From the NCBI GenBank assembly GCA_963821525.1, contig CAWGED010000003.1:32001-96000 (forward strand): a DNA stretch of 64,000 nt, written 5' to 3'. The notes under the pieces are model-generated. The model had not been told where the DNA came from, searched no databases, and saw nothing but the letters and a program-made list of their open reading frames with translations. Below are positions 42,940-55,697 of this stretch, piece by piece (the first letter of the stretch is position 1; each line of letters begins with the position of its first letter). This stretch comes from an uncultured Gemmatimonadales bacterium (lineage in GTDB: Bacteria; Gemmatimonadota; Gemmatimonadetes; Gemmatimonadales; GWC2-71-9). A program made the position numbers and the translations under genes.

Positions 42940-44122
42940 GTGGACATACACGAGTACCAAGCCAAAGAACTCCTCGCCAACTTCGGCGTCGCGATCCCGC
43001 CGGGCGGGGTGGCGTACAGCGCGGAGCAGGCGGTATATCGCGCGGCCGAGATTGGCGGCTCGCGGTGGGCGGTGAAGGCGCAGATCCATTCGGGCGCTCG
43101 GGGCAAGGCCGGTGGGATCAAGCTCTGCACCACCGAGGACGAGGTGCGAAAGGCGGCGACTGCCCTGCTTGGCAGCCGGCTGGTCACTCATCAGACGGGG
43201 CCCGAGGGTAAAGTCGTCCACCGGCTCTACGTCGAAGCGGCGGTGCCGATCGAGCGGGAGCTCTACATCGGCTTCGTGCTCGACCGGAAGACTGAACGGA
43301 TCATGCTGGTAGCCCACCCGCACGGCGGCATGGAGATCGAAGAGATCGCGAAGAGCGAGCCCGAGACGATCCTGCGCCAGACCATGGAGCCCGCGGTGGG
43401 CATGCAGGCGTTCCAGGCTCGAGAGATCGCCTTCGGACTGGGGCTGGATCCCGCCCAGGTGAATCGCATGGCCAACATACTGCTGGGTTGTCACCGGGCG
43501 TTCCGCGATCTCGACGCCACCATGGTGGAGATCAATCCGCTGGTATTGACCAAGGACGGCCGGCTCCTGGCACTCGATGCCAAAATGGGATTCGACGACA
43601 ACGCCCTTTTCCGCCGGCCCCAGGTGAGTGAGCTGCGGGACCACGCCGAGGAGGATCCGCGTGAGGCCCAGGCCGCGGAGTACGGGCTCAACTACGTGGC
43701 ACTCGACGGCGAAATCGGCTGCATCATCAACGGAGCCGGTCTCGCCATGGCGACGATGGACATGATCAAACACGCGGGAGGCCAGCCGGCCAACTTCCTC
43801 GACGTGGGCGGCGGCGCCTCGCCGGAGCGGGTCGCCATGGCCTTCAAGCTGGTGCTGCAGGACAAGAAGGTCGGGGCGATGCTGGTCAACATCTTCGCCG
43901 GCATCAACCGGTGTGATTGGGTGGCGAAGGGTGTGGTGCAGGCGGTGAAGGAAGTCGGGGTTGAGGTGCCTCTGGTCGTGCGGCTGGCGGGAACCAACGT
44001 CGAGGAAGGGTCGGCGCATCCTGGATGAGTCGAAGCTCCCGCTGATCCAGGCCGACAGTCTGGAGGACGCGGCGAACAAGGTGGTGGCCGCGTGGAAAGG
44101 CAAACAAAAACGTGAGAAGTGA
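42940..44122 (+). CDS. mtkA: Malate-CoA ligase beta subunit (frameshift near 44015)
   Basis: [33 protein letters not shown] (Mtk-like); serine-cycle context. Confidence 0.88.
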
Positions 44123-44195
44123 GAGGTGAGGGTGAGAGGGCGCAGCGATCAGCTTCTTGCCATCCCCTCTCACTTCTCACCTCTTACTTCTCACG
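44111..44195. repeat. Inverted heptamer pair (gtgagaa ... ttctcac)
   Basis: Contains the mtkA stop codon. Confidence 0.9.
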
Positions 44196-44215
44196 CTTTT
44201 CCAAAGGGGACGCGA

Positions 44216-45130
44216 ATGGCAATTCTGATCAACGAAATCACCCGCATCCTGGTCCAGGGCTTCACCGGGGACAAGGCCACCTTCCACGCCCAGAAGATGA
44301 TCGAGTATGGGACCAAGGTGGTCGGTGGGGTGACGCCGGGCAAAGGCGGGCAGACTCACATCGGCCTGCCGGTGTTCAACACCACGAAGGAAGCCGTGGA
44401 CGCGGTCTACCCCGATGCCAGCATCATCTTCGTCCCGGCCGCCTTCTGCGCCGATGCGATCATGGAAGCGGCGGATGCGGGCATCAGGCTGGTCTGCTGT
44501 ATCACCGACGGTATTCCCGCCCAGGACATGATGATGGTGAAGCGGTACCTGCGCAGGTATCCCAAGGAAAAGCGGACCATGCTGGTCGGTCCCAACTGCG
44601 CCGGGATCATCAGCCCCGGCAAGTCCATGCTCGGCATCATGCCGGGACACATCTACATGGCGGGGAAGGTCGGGCTGGTCACCCGATCGGGCACGCTGGG
44701 CTATGAGGCAGCTTCCCAGATGAAGGACCTCAACATCGGGGTCTCCACCAGTGTCGGCATCGGGGGTGACCCGGTGAACGGTTCTTCCTTCCTCGATATC
44801 CTCGCGCGTTTCGAGGAAGATCCCGAAACCGAAGCGGTGATGATGATCGGCGAGATCGGCGGTCCCCAGGAGGCGGAAGCCGCCCTCTGGGTCAAGGAAA
44901 ACATGTCCAAGCCGGTCATCGGATACGTTGCCGGTCTCACCGCGCCGAAGGGACGGCGCATGGGGCACGCCGGTGCGATCATCTCCGCCTTCGGCGACAC
45001 CGCCGCGGAGAAGGCCGAGATCATGCGGTCGCTCGGATTGTCCGTGGCGCCCAGTCCCGCCGATTTGGGGAAGGCCGTGGCCGAGGCCTTGGCGAAGCGT
45101 CCGTCTCGTCGCGCGGTCCTGACCCGATGA
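44216..45130 (+). CDS. mtkB: Malate-CoA ligase alpha subunit
   Basis: [43 protein letters not shown]. Confidence 0.9.
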   Translation: MAILINEITRILVQGFTGDKATFHAQKMIEYGTKVVGGVTPGKGGQTHIGLPVFNTTKEAVDAVYPDASIIFVPAAFCADAIMEAADAGIRLVCCITDGIPAQDMMMVKRYLRRYPKEKRTMLVGPNCAGIISPGKSMLGIMPGHIYMAGKVGLVTRSGTLGYEAASQMKDLNIGVSTSVGIGGDPVNGSSFLDILARFEEDPETEAVMMIGEIGGPQEAEAALWVKENMSKPVIGYVAGLTAPKGRRMGHAGAIISAFGDTAAEKAEIMRSLGLSVAPSPADLGKAVAEALAKRPSRRAVLTR

Positions 45131-46102
45131 GCGGCAAGCCCCGCGTGGTCGTCACCCGGAAGATTCCGGCTCCGGTAGAGGAGGAGCTGACCCGGCTGTT
45201 CGACGTACAGCTCAATCGCGAAGATCGCCCGCTCGATGCCGCGGGACTTCAGGATGTCCTGCGGACTGCGGACGGCATCCTGCCTACCGTCACCGACAAG
45301 CTGACGGCCGAGGTCCTCGCGGCGGATCCGCTCAAGACCAGGATCATTGCGAACTTCGGGGTGGGCTTCAACAACATCGACATCGCCGCGGCAAAGACGC
45401 GGGGCCTGACCGTCACCAATACGCCCGACGTCCTCACCGACGACACCGCCGACATCGCGACCACGCTCTTGCTGATGATCGCCCGGAGAGCGGGAGAGGG
45501 CGAGCGTCACGTCCGCTCCAAATCCTGGACCGGGTGGCGCCCGACGCACATGCTGGGCACCAAGGTGAGCGGAAAGACCCTTGGTCTCGTGGGGATGGGC
45601 CGCATCGCAAAGGCGGTCGCGAAGCGTGCCCATCACGGATTCGGCATGCGGGTCATCTACCACGACCCGTATCCGCCGAAACCTGAAGAGGCGAAGGCAC
45701 TGGGCGCCGAGGGTCGGGACAGCATCGACGCGGTGTTGGGTGAGGCCGACTTCGTCTCGCTGCATTGCCCGGCGACGCCGGAGACCCGCCATCTCATCAA
45801 TGCCGACCGCCTCAAGCTGATGAAACCAGGGGCCTTCCTGATCAACACCGCTCGAGGTGACGTGGTGGACGAGGCTGCGCTCATCGCCGCACTCAAGTCG
45901 GGGACGATCGCCGGCGCCGGGCCTCGACGTGTATGAACGGGAGCCTGCCATGGCGGCCGAGCTGCTCTCGATGGAGAACGTGGCGTTGCTTCCCCATCTG
46001 GGCAGTGCCACGACCGAGACCCGCATCGCCATGGGCATGCGGGCGCTGGAAAACCTCAAACTGTTTTTCGCGGGCCAGCCCGTTCGTGATCGCGTCGTGT
46101 GA
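45127..46102 (+). CDS. D-2-hydroxyacid dehydrogenase, probable hydroxypyruvate/glyoxylate reductase (frameshift near 45920)
   Basis: [36 protein letters not shown]. Confidence 0.9.
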
Positions 46103-48871
46103 CCCAGGAGCGCGTCGCCCCGTTTCCCGCCGAAGCCCTCCCCGCTTCAGCTGACCCACTCGCCGCCAGCGCCGCCGCCTATGCCACGGAGGTGGCGGAG
46201 CTTCTCTTCCGCCTGCTCCTCGACGTGGTGGGGGCCCGTCAGCCCGAGGTGGTTCCCATCCTTCGTAGGAGAGGCGCCGAGCCCCTCGGCTACGCCGGAG
46301 GAGATCGAGCGCGGCCTGCGAGCGCAGGGGATCTGGTTCCAGCTGCTCAGTGTCGCGGAGCAGAATGCGGGGATGCGACGCCGGCGGCAGACCGAAACCG
46401 AACGCGGCATGGACCAGGTCCGAGGAACCTTTGCCCAGGTGATGACCGACGGGGCGAAGGCCGGCGGCAACGCCGACCGGATCCGGAAACTGATCGCCGG
46501 CCTTCGAGTACGGCCGGTGATCACCGCTCACCCTACCGAGGCCAAGCGAGTCACCGTTCTGGAAAAGCATCGCCGGATCTATCGCCGGCTGGTGGATCTC
46601 GAGTCTCCCCGCTGGACCCCGCGGGAACGCACCGCGCTGATCGACCAGCTTCGCAACGACATCGAGCTGCTCTGGATGACGGGAGAACTCCGGCTGGAGA
46701 AGCCGACCGTTCCGCAGGAGGTCTACTGGGGACTCCACTTCTTCAACGAGACGCTGTTCGAAGCCACCGCTGAGGTGCACGAGAAGCTCGACCGCTCACT
46801 TCAGATGGTCTTTCCGGGCGAGCGCTTCGAGGTGCCGCCCTTCCTTCAGTTCGGTTCCTGGATCGGCGGCGACCGGGACGGGAATCCCTTCGTTACCAAC
46901 GATGTCACCCGCCGCACGCTGGCGGAGAACCGTCGCGCCAGCCTGCAGCGCTATCACGCCCGCCTGGCGGAGCTGGTGAAGGTGCTGAGCATCACCGAGC
47001 GCGCGGTGGAGGTGCCGGCCGCCTTCCGCACGGCGCTGGAGAAGGCACTGGGGACTGTTCCGCATGGCAAGGAGATCGTGGTCCGGAACCCGGGAGAAAT
47101 CTTCCGGCAGTACCTCGCGTGCATGATGGCTCGGCTCGAAGGCGCGATGCGTCACGCCGAATCGGGAGACATCTCCCGCTGCTCCGAGGGATACGCCACC
47201 GCCGACGAGCTGATCGCGGATCTGCGGGTCATGATGAGTGCGCTGAAGGACTCGCAGTCGTCGCACCTGGCAAATGCCTTCGTGCGGCCCGTGCTCCGCG
47301 AGGTAGAGGCGTTCCGGTTCAGTACCGTGCGGCTCGATCTCCGGGAGAATTCGGCTCGACTCCACGACACACTATCCGTCCTGTGGCGGGCCTCGACCGG
47401 AGAATCCGGAGAGCCGCCTCCTGTCGCATCGAAAGAATGGAAAGCGTGGCTCCTGGCAGAGCTGGGGAAGCCGCTGAGTTCCGACCACAAAGTTCCGGCA
47501 GAGGCCGGCGAGACGCTGGGCATGTTCCGGCTGGTGGGCGAGGTCCGCGACGGGCTCGACCGCGAGGCCTTCGGGAGCTTCGTGCTCAGCATGACTCGCG
47601 AGGTGTCGGACGTGCTGGGCGCCTATCTCCTCGCCAAGGAAGCCGGACTCTTTGCAGACCAGGCCGGGACGGAGAGCTGCACCCTTCCCATCGTGCCGCT
47701 GTTCGAAACGATTGATGACCTGCAGCGCGCGCCGGTCATCATGCGGGACCTGCTCGGTGTCCCGCTGGTGCGGCGCAGTGTTCGAGCCTCGGGCGGAGTG
47801 CAGGAGGTGATGATTGGATACTCCGATTCGAACAAGGACGGAGGATTCCTTTCCTCTAACTGGGAGCTCAGCAAGGTCCAGGCTCGGCTCACCCGGTTGA
47901 GCGACGAATTGGGAGTGCCGCTCGCCTTCTTCCACGGGCGTGGCGGATCGGTGAGCCGTGGCGGAGCCCCGCTGGGCCGGGCCATCGCGGCGCAACCCGC
48001 AGGCTCCATTCGCGGCCGCATGCGCCTCACCGAACAAGGCGAAGTGGTTTCCTTCAAGTATGCGAACCGGGGCACCGCGGCATACCAGCTCGAGCTTCTC
48101 GCGGCCAGCGTCATCGAGCACTCGATCAAATCGGAGACCGAAGCCGAGCTGGTGCCGACGGCCGAGTTCGACGAGGCGATGGAGGCGCTGTCGGGAGCGG
48201 CGCAGGCGGCCTATCGCCGGCTGGTGGACCAGCCGGGGCTACTGGCGTACTTCCAGGCCGCGAGTCCGCTCGAGGAGCTGGCGCTGCTCAACATCGGATC
48301 GAGACCGGCGCGCCGCTCCGGACTCCAGACTCTGGGCGATCTGCGGGCAATTCCGTGGGTGTTCGCCTGGTCCCAGAACCGCCACTTCATCACCGGTTGG
48401 TATGGCGTGGGAAGCGGACTGCTGACCTTCCTCCAGATCCGGGGAGAACGAGGTGAGAGTCTGCTGAAGCGGATGTACGAGCAGTCCAGACTGTTCCGCC
48501 TGGTGATCGACGAGGTTGAGAAGACTCTGGCATATGTGGATCTCGGGATCGCGAGACTGTATGCCGACCTGGTGCCGGACCGCGGGTCGCGAGACGAGAT
48601 CTTCGGGTTGATCGAGGCGGAGTATCGCCGAACGGTGGAGGCGGTGCTTCGGGTGAGCGGCGGCACCGAGCCCGCGGAGAGATTCCCCCGGTTCCGCCGC
48701 CGGCTGGCCCGCCGTCTTCCGACGATCAATCAGGTGAGCCGCCAGCAGGTGGACCTGCTGCGCCGCTTCCGGGCTGCCTCGACCGATCAGCAGCGGCAGC
48801 AGTATCTCTCGGCGCTGTTGCTGTCGATCAACTGTATCTCGAGCGGGTTTGGGGCGACGGGTGTAGAGTAA
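46099..48871 (+). CDS. ppc: Phosphoenolpyruvate carboxylase (frameshift near 46265)
   Basis: VITAHPTE, GSWIGGDRDGNP, QEVMIGYSDSNKDGG, FHGRGGSVSRGG, LRAIPWVF. Confidence 0.96.
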
Positions 48872-49056
48872 CCTCTTCCGCCCACCTCTGTAGTCTCCCG
48901 TCCCACAGAGCATTCATCCGAGAACCTGACGCCATGGTTTGGCGAGTGACCGATCCAAGCGATCGGGCACAGCTCCTAGCTTCAAGTCCCGTTCGGCCGA
49001 GCTCGCATTGATGCGGGACGGCGAGTTCGTGACCCTGCAGCGAATGGAGCAGCCCA

Positions 49057-50538
49057 ATGAGCCGTCGCAATACTGGAAGTCGCAGTCCCTGGAAGCTCGT
49101 ATTCCTTGCCTTATCCGCTGTCACGCTTGCCTGTGGTGACAATCCCCTGCCGACCGGTTCGTCCCAGGCACCCGACGCGTTGCCTGACGTCGTTGCAGCA
49201 CCCGCCGGCCAGGCTGTCCCCGATGAATACATCGTGGTCTTCAATAACAACGTCAGCTCACCTGCCGCAGAAGCCACCGGCATAGTGAACGCTCAGCACG
49301 GGAAACTGAAATACACCTACAGCAGCGCGCTGAAGGGTTTCGCCGCCGAGCTACCGCCTGCGGCCATTCAGGCATTGCGCTCCAACCCCAAGATCGCGTC
49401 GATCGAGCAGGACCAGCGGGTGCACCTGGAAACTACCCAGCTCAATCCTGCCAACTTTGGCCTAGACCGGATTGACCAGCGCAACCTGCCGCTCAGTAAT
49501 TCCTACACCTTCAATCGCACCGGTGCCGGGGTGCACTTCTATGGCATCGACACCGGGATAAACCTTACCCACGTCGACCTGAGCGGGCGAGTGGGTGTTG
49601 GCTTCGATGCGGTGACTCCCGGGGGCAACGCGAACGACTGCAACGGCCATGGGACCCACACGGCAACCACGGCCGCCGGCACCACCTTCGGTGTCGCGAA
49701 GGGTGCCATCGTGCACCCCGTGCGGGTGCTCGACTGCAGCGGATCCGGCTTCATTTCCACCGTCATCGCCGGAGTAGACTTCGTCACCCAGAACGGACTG
49801 CGCCCCGCCGTGGCCAACATGAGTCTGGGGGGCGGCATTTCTTCGGCGCTGGATCAGGCGGTCGCTGCCTCCGTCGCTTCGGGAGTGGTATACGCCATCG
49901 CTGCGGGCAACAACGCCGGCAACGCGTGCAACACGTCGCCTGCGCGGGTAACGTCGGCTCTCACGGTCGCGGCCAGCACCAGGACCGACGCGCGGGCCAG
50001 TTTCTCGAACTTCGGGACTTGCGTGGACCTCTTCGCGCCTGGCGTTGGCATTACCGCCGGCTGGATCGGATCCAACACTGCCACGATGACCATCAGTGGC
50101 ACCTCGATGGCTACTCCCCACGTGGCCGGCGTCGCGATGCTTTTCCTCGAGGCCAATCCCACTGCTACACCCACTCAGGTGGCCAACGCCATCAACACCA
50201 ACGCCACCACCGGCCTGATTACGTCCGCGGGCACGGGCACGCCGAACCGACTGCTCTTCATGGGCTTCATCGGTGGTGGCGTTGCTAACCAGGCTCCGGT
50301 GGCGAGGTTCACTGCGGCCTGCAATACCAGCCACACTTGTACGTTCGACGCCAGCAACTCGACGGATGATGTGGGGGTCGTGGCCTTCGAGTGGAAGCGG
50401 GCGAGCGGGGTCATCATTGGTAACACGAAGGTGATCACCTTCACGTTCTCCACCGGGGGTTCCAAGACCATCACCCTTAAGGTGACCGACGGTGGTGGCC
50501 TGACGGGCACGATCACCAAGACGATCAACGTGCCCTGA
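49057..50538 (+). CDS. S8 (aqualysin/proteinase K-like) lipoprotein peptidase with I9 propeptide and PKD domain, copy 1
   Basis: TLAC lipobox; [20 protein letters not shown]. Confidence 0.93.
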   Translation: MSRRNTGSRSPWKLVFLALSAVTLACGDNPLPTGSSQAPDALPDVVAAPAGQAVPDEYIVVFNNNVSSPAAEATGIVNAQHGKLKYTYSSALKGFAAELPPAAIQALRSNPKIASIEQDQRVHLETTQLNPANFGLDRIDQRNLPLSNSYTFNRTGAGVHFYGIDTGINLTHVDLSGRVGVGFDAVTPGGNANDCNGHGTHTATTAAGTTFGVAKGAIVHPVRVLDCSGSGFISTVIAGVDFVTQNGLRPAVANMSLGGGISSALDQAVAASVASGVVYAIAAGNNAGNACNTSPARVTSALTVAASTRTDARASFSNFGTCVDLFAPGVGITAGWIGSNTATMTISGTSMATPHVAGVAMLFLEANPTATPTQVANAINTNATTGLITSAGTGTPNRLLFMGFIGGGVANQAPVARFTAACNTSHTCTFDASNSTDDVGVVAFEWKRASGVIIGNTKVITFTFSTGGSKTITLKVTDGGGLTGTITKTINVP

Positions 50539-50564
50539 GCCGAGCCGTGGAAGTGAGAAGTGAG

Positions 50565-50610
50565 AAGGACTGAGGAGTGCGTTAGCAAGCATTCCTCAGT
50601 CCTTTGATTT
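50565..50610 (+). terminator. Intrinsic terminator hairpin
   Basis: aaggactgaggagtgc...gcattcctcagtcctt followed by tgattt. Confidence 0.75.
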
Positions 50611-50711
50611 CAGCCCCGCCTTGCCGCTCTGCTCCACTTCGCGACGGCGTGGGCCTTACGCATTCGGCATTAGCTCTCAGCCTTTAGCTGTAGCTCTGCC
50701 TCCCTCCCGTC

Positions 50712-51776
50712 CTACGGCGCTCCTCCGCGCTCCACCTCCACCTTGAACTGCCCACACGCCGCACTGATATCCAAGCCGCGGCTGCGGCGGACCACCGCTT
50801 CAACTCCCTGGTTTTTCAGTCGCGCCGCGAAGGCGCGGATCCTGTCGGGTGGAGTAGGGATGAGACCCGGAGCACCACCGGGATGTAGCGGGAGCAGGTT
50901 GACCAGCGCGCCCATCTGCCGGGCGAGACGAACCAGCTGGTCGGCATCGCGGTCGCTGTCGTTTTTCTCCGAGATCAGAACGTATTCGAAGGTGATCCGC
51001 TTCCGGAATACCTTTGCGGCCTTGAGCACCTGGGCCAGGTCGTACTTTTTCTCGACCGGCATCAGGGCCAGGCGGCGCTCAGGGGTGGCCGCGTGGAGGG
51101 AAATGGCCAGCCGGAATTGCTCGGTCCGCTTGGCCAGCTCCTCCATGCCCGGAATAATCCCCACGGTGGAGACCGTGATGTGGCGGGCGCCGATGCCCAG
51201 ACCCTCCGGGTGGTTGAGGATGGTGAGGCTCGGGTCCACGCCCTTCCAGTTGAGCAGCGGCTCTCCCATTCCCATGTACACCACGTTGGTGGGTGCGAGG
51301 TCGGGATGACGCAGGATGATCTCTCGCGCCTGACCGGCGATCTCGAAGGGAGAGAGGTTGCGGCCGAAGCCCATGCGGCCGGTCGCGCAGAAGACACAAC
51401 CCAGCGCGCATCCCGCCTGAGAGGAGATGCACAGGGTGCGGCGACTCTGCGACGGAATCAGCACCGATTCGACCGCGGCGCCGTCGCTCAAGCGCCACAG
51501 AAATTTCCGGGTCCCGTCGGCCGACTGTTGCTCCGTTACCAGGTCGAGTCGGGGGAGGGGGAGAGTTTCCTGCAGCGCTTGCCGGAGGGTGAGAGGAAGC
51601 TCGGTCGCGTCGGTCCAGGCCGCGATCGGTCGCTGCCAGAGACGGGGGAGGAGCTGCCGCGCACGATAAGGAGGGAGATCCTGCGCCGTCACCCAGTCCG
51701 CGAGCCTCTGCGCCGCGTCCGGCGGCGTCAAGTCCAGCAACGAACTAGATCCAACGGTCCGAGATTGTATCACCAT
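50712..51776 (-). CDS. rlmN: 23S rRNA m2A2503 radical-SAM methyltransferase
   Basis: CISSQAGCALGCVFC, MGMGEPL, DISAACGQ. Confidence 0.96.
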   Translation of the reverse strand: MVIQSRTVGSSSLLDLTPPDAAQRLADWVTAQDLPPYRARQLLPRLWQRPIAAWTDATELPLTLRQALQETLPLPRLDLVTEQQSADGTRKFLWRLSDGAAVESVLIPSQSRRTLCISSQAGCALGCVFCATGRMGFGRNLSPFEIAGQAREIILRHPDLAPTNVVYMGMGEPLLNWKGVDPSLTILNHPEGLGIGARHITVSTVGIIPGMEELAKRTEQFRLAISLHAATPERRLALMPVEKKYDLAQVLKAAKVFRKRITFEYVLISEKNDSDRDADQLVRLARQMGALVNLLPLHPGGAPGLIPTPPDRIRAFAARLKNQGVEAVVRRSRGLDISAACGQFKVEVERGGAP

Positions 51777-52003
51777 GTCACAAAATAACCGAAAAGCTGA
51801 GGACATGATCCTCAGTTTCGTGGCGCGAGGGCCACGGTGTGTCGTCGATGCCATGTTGACGGTCCACCATGTGGTGCATAGTTTGCTCGGGCCTGCCTCG
51901 GGGGTGTGTTCGCCTCCAAGACCACGCCATAGAATTGCCCACATATGCTGATGGGAGACCTCCGTCAGAGTCCGTGCCGTTCCAGTCCCGCAAGGAGGGG
52001 TGC

Positions 52004-53461
52004 ATGCGCTGGTCGCTTGCCGCCATTTCGTGTAGTGCAGTAGTTCTGTTTGCCTGCAGTGAGAGCCAAACCCCCACCGAAATGGTTCCTGCCTCGGGAC
52101 TGGCAGACGTGATCGCCGCACCAAGCGGGCAGGGAATACCCAATCGGTACATTGTCGTCTTCAAGCAGAATGTCGCCGGGCCGGCTGGCGAGGCCCAGCG
52201 GATGGTGGGTCAGGCGCAGGGCAAGCTTCACTTCATCTATACCAAGGCCATCAAGGGCTTCGCCGCCGAGTTGTCGCCCCGCGCCGTGCAGTTGCTCCGG
52301 GCCGACCCCAGTGTCGCCCTGATCGAGCAGGATCAGGTGATCAAACTCGAAACCACGCAGAACAATCCGGTCAACTGGGGTCTCGACCGCATTGATCAGC
52401 GTAACCTGCCGCTCAGCCTCTCCTACACCTACAACCGCACCGGCGCCGGAGTGCACTTCTACGGGATCGATACCGGCATCAACCTGACCCACAACGATCT
52501 GTGCCGGTCGCGTGGGCAACGGGTTCGATGCGGTCACCGCCGGTGGCAATGCGGCCGACTGCAATGGACATGGCACTCACACAGCGACGACTGCGGCGGG
52601 AACCACCTACGGTGTGGCCAAGGGCGCGACGGTCCACCCGGTCCGCGTGCTCGACTGCGGCGGCTCCGGCACGACGGCTGGTGTTATCGCCGGCATCGAC
52701 TGGGTTACCAACAATCACCAGACCCCGGCCGTGGCGAACATGAGCCTGGGCGGTGGCGCTTCCGCCACGCTCGATCAGGCGGTTGCCAACTCGGTTGCGT
52801 CCGGCGTCGTCTACGCGGTCTCCGCCGGCAACAACAACGTGAGCGCCTGCACCCAGTCTCCCGCGCGCGAGCCGAGTGCCATCACGGTCGCTGCGAGCAA
52901 CAAGACCGACACTCGGGCCAGCTTCTCGAACTTCGGCACCTGTGTCGACATCTTCGCGCCGGGTGTCGAACATCACCGCGGGCTGGATCGGCAGCAACAC
53001 GGCGACCGCGCGCGCCAGCGGCACCTCGATGTCATCGCCCCATGTGGCCGGCGTCGCTTTGCAGTATCTCGAGGCCAATCCGTCAGCGACTCCGGGCCAG
53101 GTGGCCAACGCCATCACGAGCAACGCCACCCTGGGCAAGATCAAGAGCCCGGGCAGCGGCAGCCCGAACCGGCTGCTCTACATGGGCTTCATCACCGGTG
53201 GCGGTGGCGGCGGAACCAGCCCCGGTCGCGAACTTCACGGCGACCTGCAATGCCAGCCACAGCTGTACCTTCACCAGCACCTCGACCGATGACGTCGGGA
53301 TCGTGGCCTATGAATGGAAGCGGCCGAGCGGCGTGATCATCGGGAGCACCCAGGTGATCACCTTCACCTTCGCCACCGCAGGATCCAAGGACATCATCCT
53401 GACCGTCACTGATGGTGGTGGCCTGACCGGCACGATCACCAAGACGATCAACGTACCCTGA
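52004..53461 (+). CDS. S8 lipoprotein peptidase + PKD, copy 2 (three frameshifts)
   Basis: LFAC lipobox; [30 protein letters not shown]. Confidence 0.9.
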   Translation: MRWSLAAISCSAVVLFACSESQTPTEMVPASGLADVIAAPSGQGIPNRYIVVFKQNVAGPAGEAQRMVGQAQGKLHFIYTKAIKGFAAELSPRAVQLLRADPSVALIEQDQVIKLETTQNNPVNWGLDRIDQRNLPLSLSYTYNRTGAGVHFYGIDTGINLTHNDLCRSRGQRVRCGHRRWQCGRLQWTWHSHSDDCGGNHLRCGQGRDGPPGPRARLRRLRHDGWCYRRHRLGYQQSPDPGRGEHEPGRWRFRHARSGGCQLGCVRRRLRGLRRQQQRERLHPVSRARAECHHGRCEQQDRHSGQLLELRHLCRHLRAGCRTSPRAGSAATRRPRAPAAPRCHRPMWPASLCSISRPIRQRLRARWPTPSRATPPWARSRARAAAARTGCSTWASSPVAVAAEPAPVANFTATCNASHSCTFTSTSTDDVGIVAYEWKRPSGVIIGSTQVITFTFATAGSKDIILTVTDGGGLTGTITKTINVP

Positions 53462-53482
53462 GGTAAAGAGGTAATGTACGAC

Positions 53483-53531
53483 CAGCCCCGCCGAGGTCTC
53501 CCGGAGAATCTCGGCGGGGTTGTTGTTTTTT
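53483..53531 (+). terminator. Intrinsic terminator
   Basis: cagccccgccgag...ctcggcggggttg followed by a T-tract. Confidence 0.85.
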
Positions 53532-53588
53532 AACGGGATGGTGACGTGGCTCACTTTCCCTGCACCCTTCGCCCTGCAGGAGGTAGCA

Positions 53589-55040
53589 ATGCTGAAGAAG
53601 TTGGCTGTCCTTCCCCTGGTTCTCGCTATCGCTGCCTGCAGCGATTCACAGGCGCCCACCGACACGATGCCGGTGAACGCGCCAGCCGCGGTCGCCGGCC
53701 AGGCGATCCCCAACCGGTACGTAGTGGTTTTCAAGAACACGGTAGCAGCAACCTCGGTATCCGCCGAAGCGCAGAGCATCGTGAACGCCGACAAGGGCAA
53801 GCTTCACTTCACCTACGAACACTCGATCCACGGCTTCGCCGCGGATCTGTCACCCTCCGCCGTCGCCGCGCTGCGCCTGAACCGGAACGTGGCTTACGTA
53901 GAGCAGGATCGGGTGGTCACCGTCCAGGCGACCCAGTCTCCGACGCCCTCGTGGGGACTCGATCGCATTGATCAGAAGGCGCTCCCGCTCAACAACTCCT
54001 ACACCTATCCCAATACCGGCGCCGGCGTGCATGTCTACGGCATCGACACCGGGATCCTTTACAGTCACACCGATTTTGGCGGCCGGGCCTCCAAGGGCTT
54101 CGATGCCATCACGACCGGGTGGCAATGCGGTTGACTGCAACGGACATGGCACCCACACGGCTACCACGATCGCCGGCACCAAGTTCGGCGTCGCGAAGGC
54201 CGCGACGGTGGTCGGCGTCCGGGTGCTGGATTGCGGCGGCTCCGGTTCCTTCTCTCAGGTCATCGCGGGAGTGGACTGGGTCACCAACAACGGCATCAAG
54301 CCCGCCGTGGCGAACATGAGTCTGGGTGGCGGCACCTTCCAGGCGCTGGATGACGCCGTGACCGCGTCGATCGCGAAGGGGATCGTCTACGCCATCGCCG
54401 CAGGTAACAACTTCGGATCGAACGCCTGCAACAACTCGCCGGCCCGCACTCCCAACGCCCTCACCGTTGCCGCGAGCGACATCAACGACAACCGGGCCAG
54501 TTTCTCCGACATCGGGACCTGCGTTGATATCTATCGGGCCTGGGGTGAACATCACCGCGGGCTGGATCGGCAGTAACACCGCCACCAACACCATCAGCGG
54601 CACCTCGATGGCGACTCCGCACGTGGCGGGTGTCGTGGCGCTCTATCTCGCCGCCAATCCGACCGCGACTCCGGCCCAGGTCCGGAGTGCCCTGATCACC
54701 AACGCCTCCGCCGTGGTGAAGAACCCCGGCGCCAACACCACGAACCTGCTGGTCTTCATGGGCTTCATCGGCGGTGGTGGTCGGCGGCAACCAGCCGCCG
54801 GTGGCTCGCTTCACCGTGAGTTGCACTGCCAGCATCGCTGCACGCTTAACGGCAGCAGCTCCACGGACGACCACGGCGTCGTGAGCTATCCGCTGGAACT
54901 GGCCCGGTGGCCGGTTGCTGGGCACTGCCGTCCAGATCACCGTCCAGTATGAAAGGGCGAGCAACCGTACCGCCGTCCTGACCGTGACCGACGCGGGCGG
55001 CCTGACCGGAACGCTCTCCAAGACCTTCGCCGTGCCATGA
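53589..55040 (+). CDS. S8 lipoprotein peptidase + PKD, copy 3 (several frameshifts)
   Basis: IAAC lipobox; [29 protein letters not shown]. Confidence 0.9.
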
Positions 55041-55061
55041 TCTGAGCCGGCATGACGATCT

Positions 55062-55099
55062 ATGCCGCCGGAGGCCACCCCCTCCGGCGGCATTCGTTT
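55062..55099 (+). terminator. Intrinsic terminator
   Basis: atgccgccggagg...cctccggcggcat followed by tcgttt. Confidence 0.78.
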
Positions 55100-55241
55100 G
55101 GGCACCCGACCATCGACCATTCCGCCATCGACCGTCGCCTTAACGACGATGCGGAAGCCCCTAACCCCTAGTCCCTGAATCGCTTGCAGGGTTTGCCCGG
55201 GCTGGTTAGGTTTGCTCGGGTCCCCTACTCCCGACCGCCGA

Positions 55242-55697
55242 TTGCTGCTCACCGAACTGCTGACGCCTGACCGGATCAAAGTCCCCCTCGAGGCGGGCGA
55301 CAAGCCGGGCGTCATCCGCGAACTCACCCAACTCCTTGCCGAACGTGCCGGTGGCGACCCAGCCAGGATCCTGGCCGCAGTCGAGGAACGGGAACAGGTC
55401 CTGAGCACCGGCATCGGGTACGGCATCGCGATTCCTCACGCCAAGTCGGCGACCATTCACGACCTTCAGCTGGTGTGCGGCAGCCGCCCGGTGGGTGTGC
55501 CGTTCGACGCACTCGACGGCGAACCGGTGCGGCTCTTCTTCCTTCTCGTCGGCCCCGAGGGCGCTGCAGGGCTGCACGTAAAGGCGCTGAGCCGGATCGC
55601 CCGCGTGGTTCGTCGCGAGGCAGTCCGCGAGGCGCTGCTAAAAGCGCAGACTCCTGCCGAATTCCACCAGGTCCTGGTGGAGGCCGAGGAACGATGA
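55242..55697 (+). CDS. PTS EIIA (fructose/Ntr type)
   Basis: ERE..LSTGIG.GIAIPHAK, FDALDGEPV, HVKALSRIAR. Confidence 0.92.
   Translation: MLLTELLTPDRIKVPLEAGDKPGVIRELTQLLAERAGGDPARILAAVEEREQVLSTGIGYGIAIPHAKSATIHDLQLVCGSRPVGVPFDALDGEPVRLFFLLVGPEGAAGLHVKALSRIARVVRREAVREALLKAQTPAEFHQVLVEAEER

Noticed and set aside
42940..45130. Ordinary succinyl-CoA synthetase sucCD
   Set aside because: Mtk-like motifs and the position between mcl and hpr/ppc favour malate thiokinase
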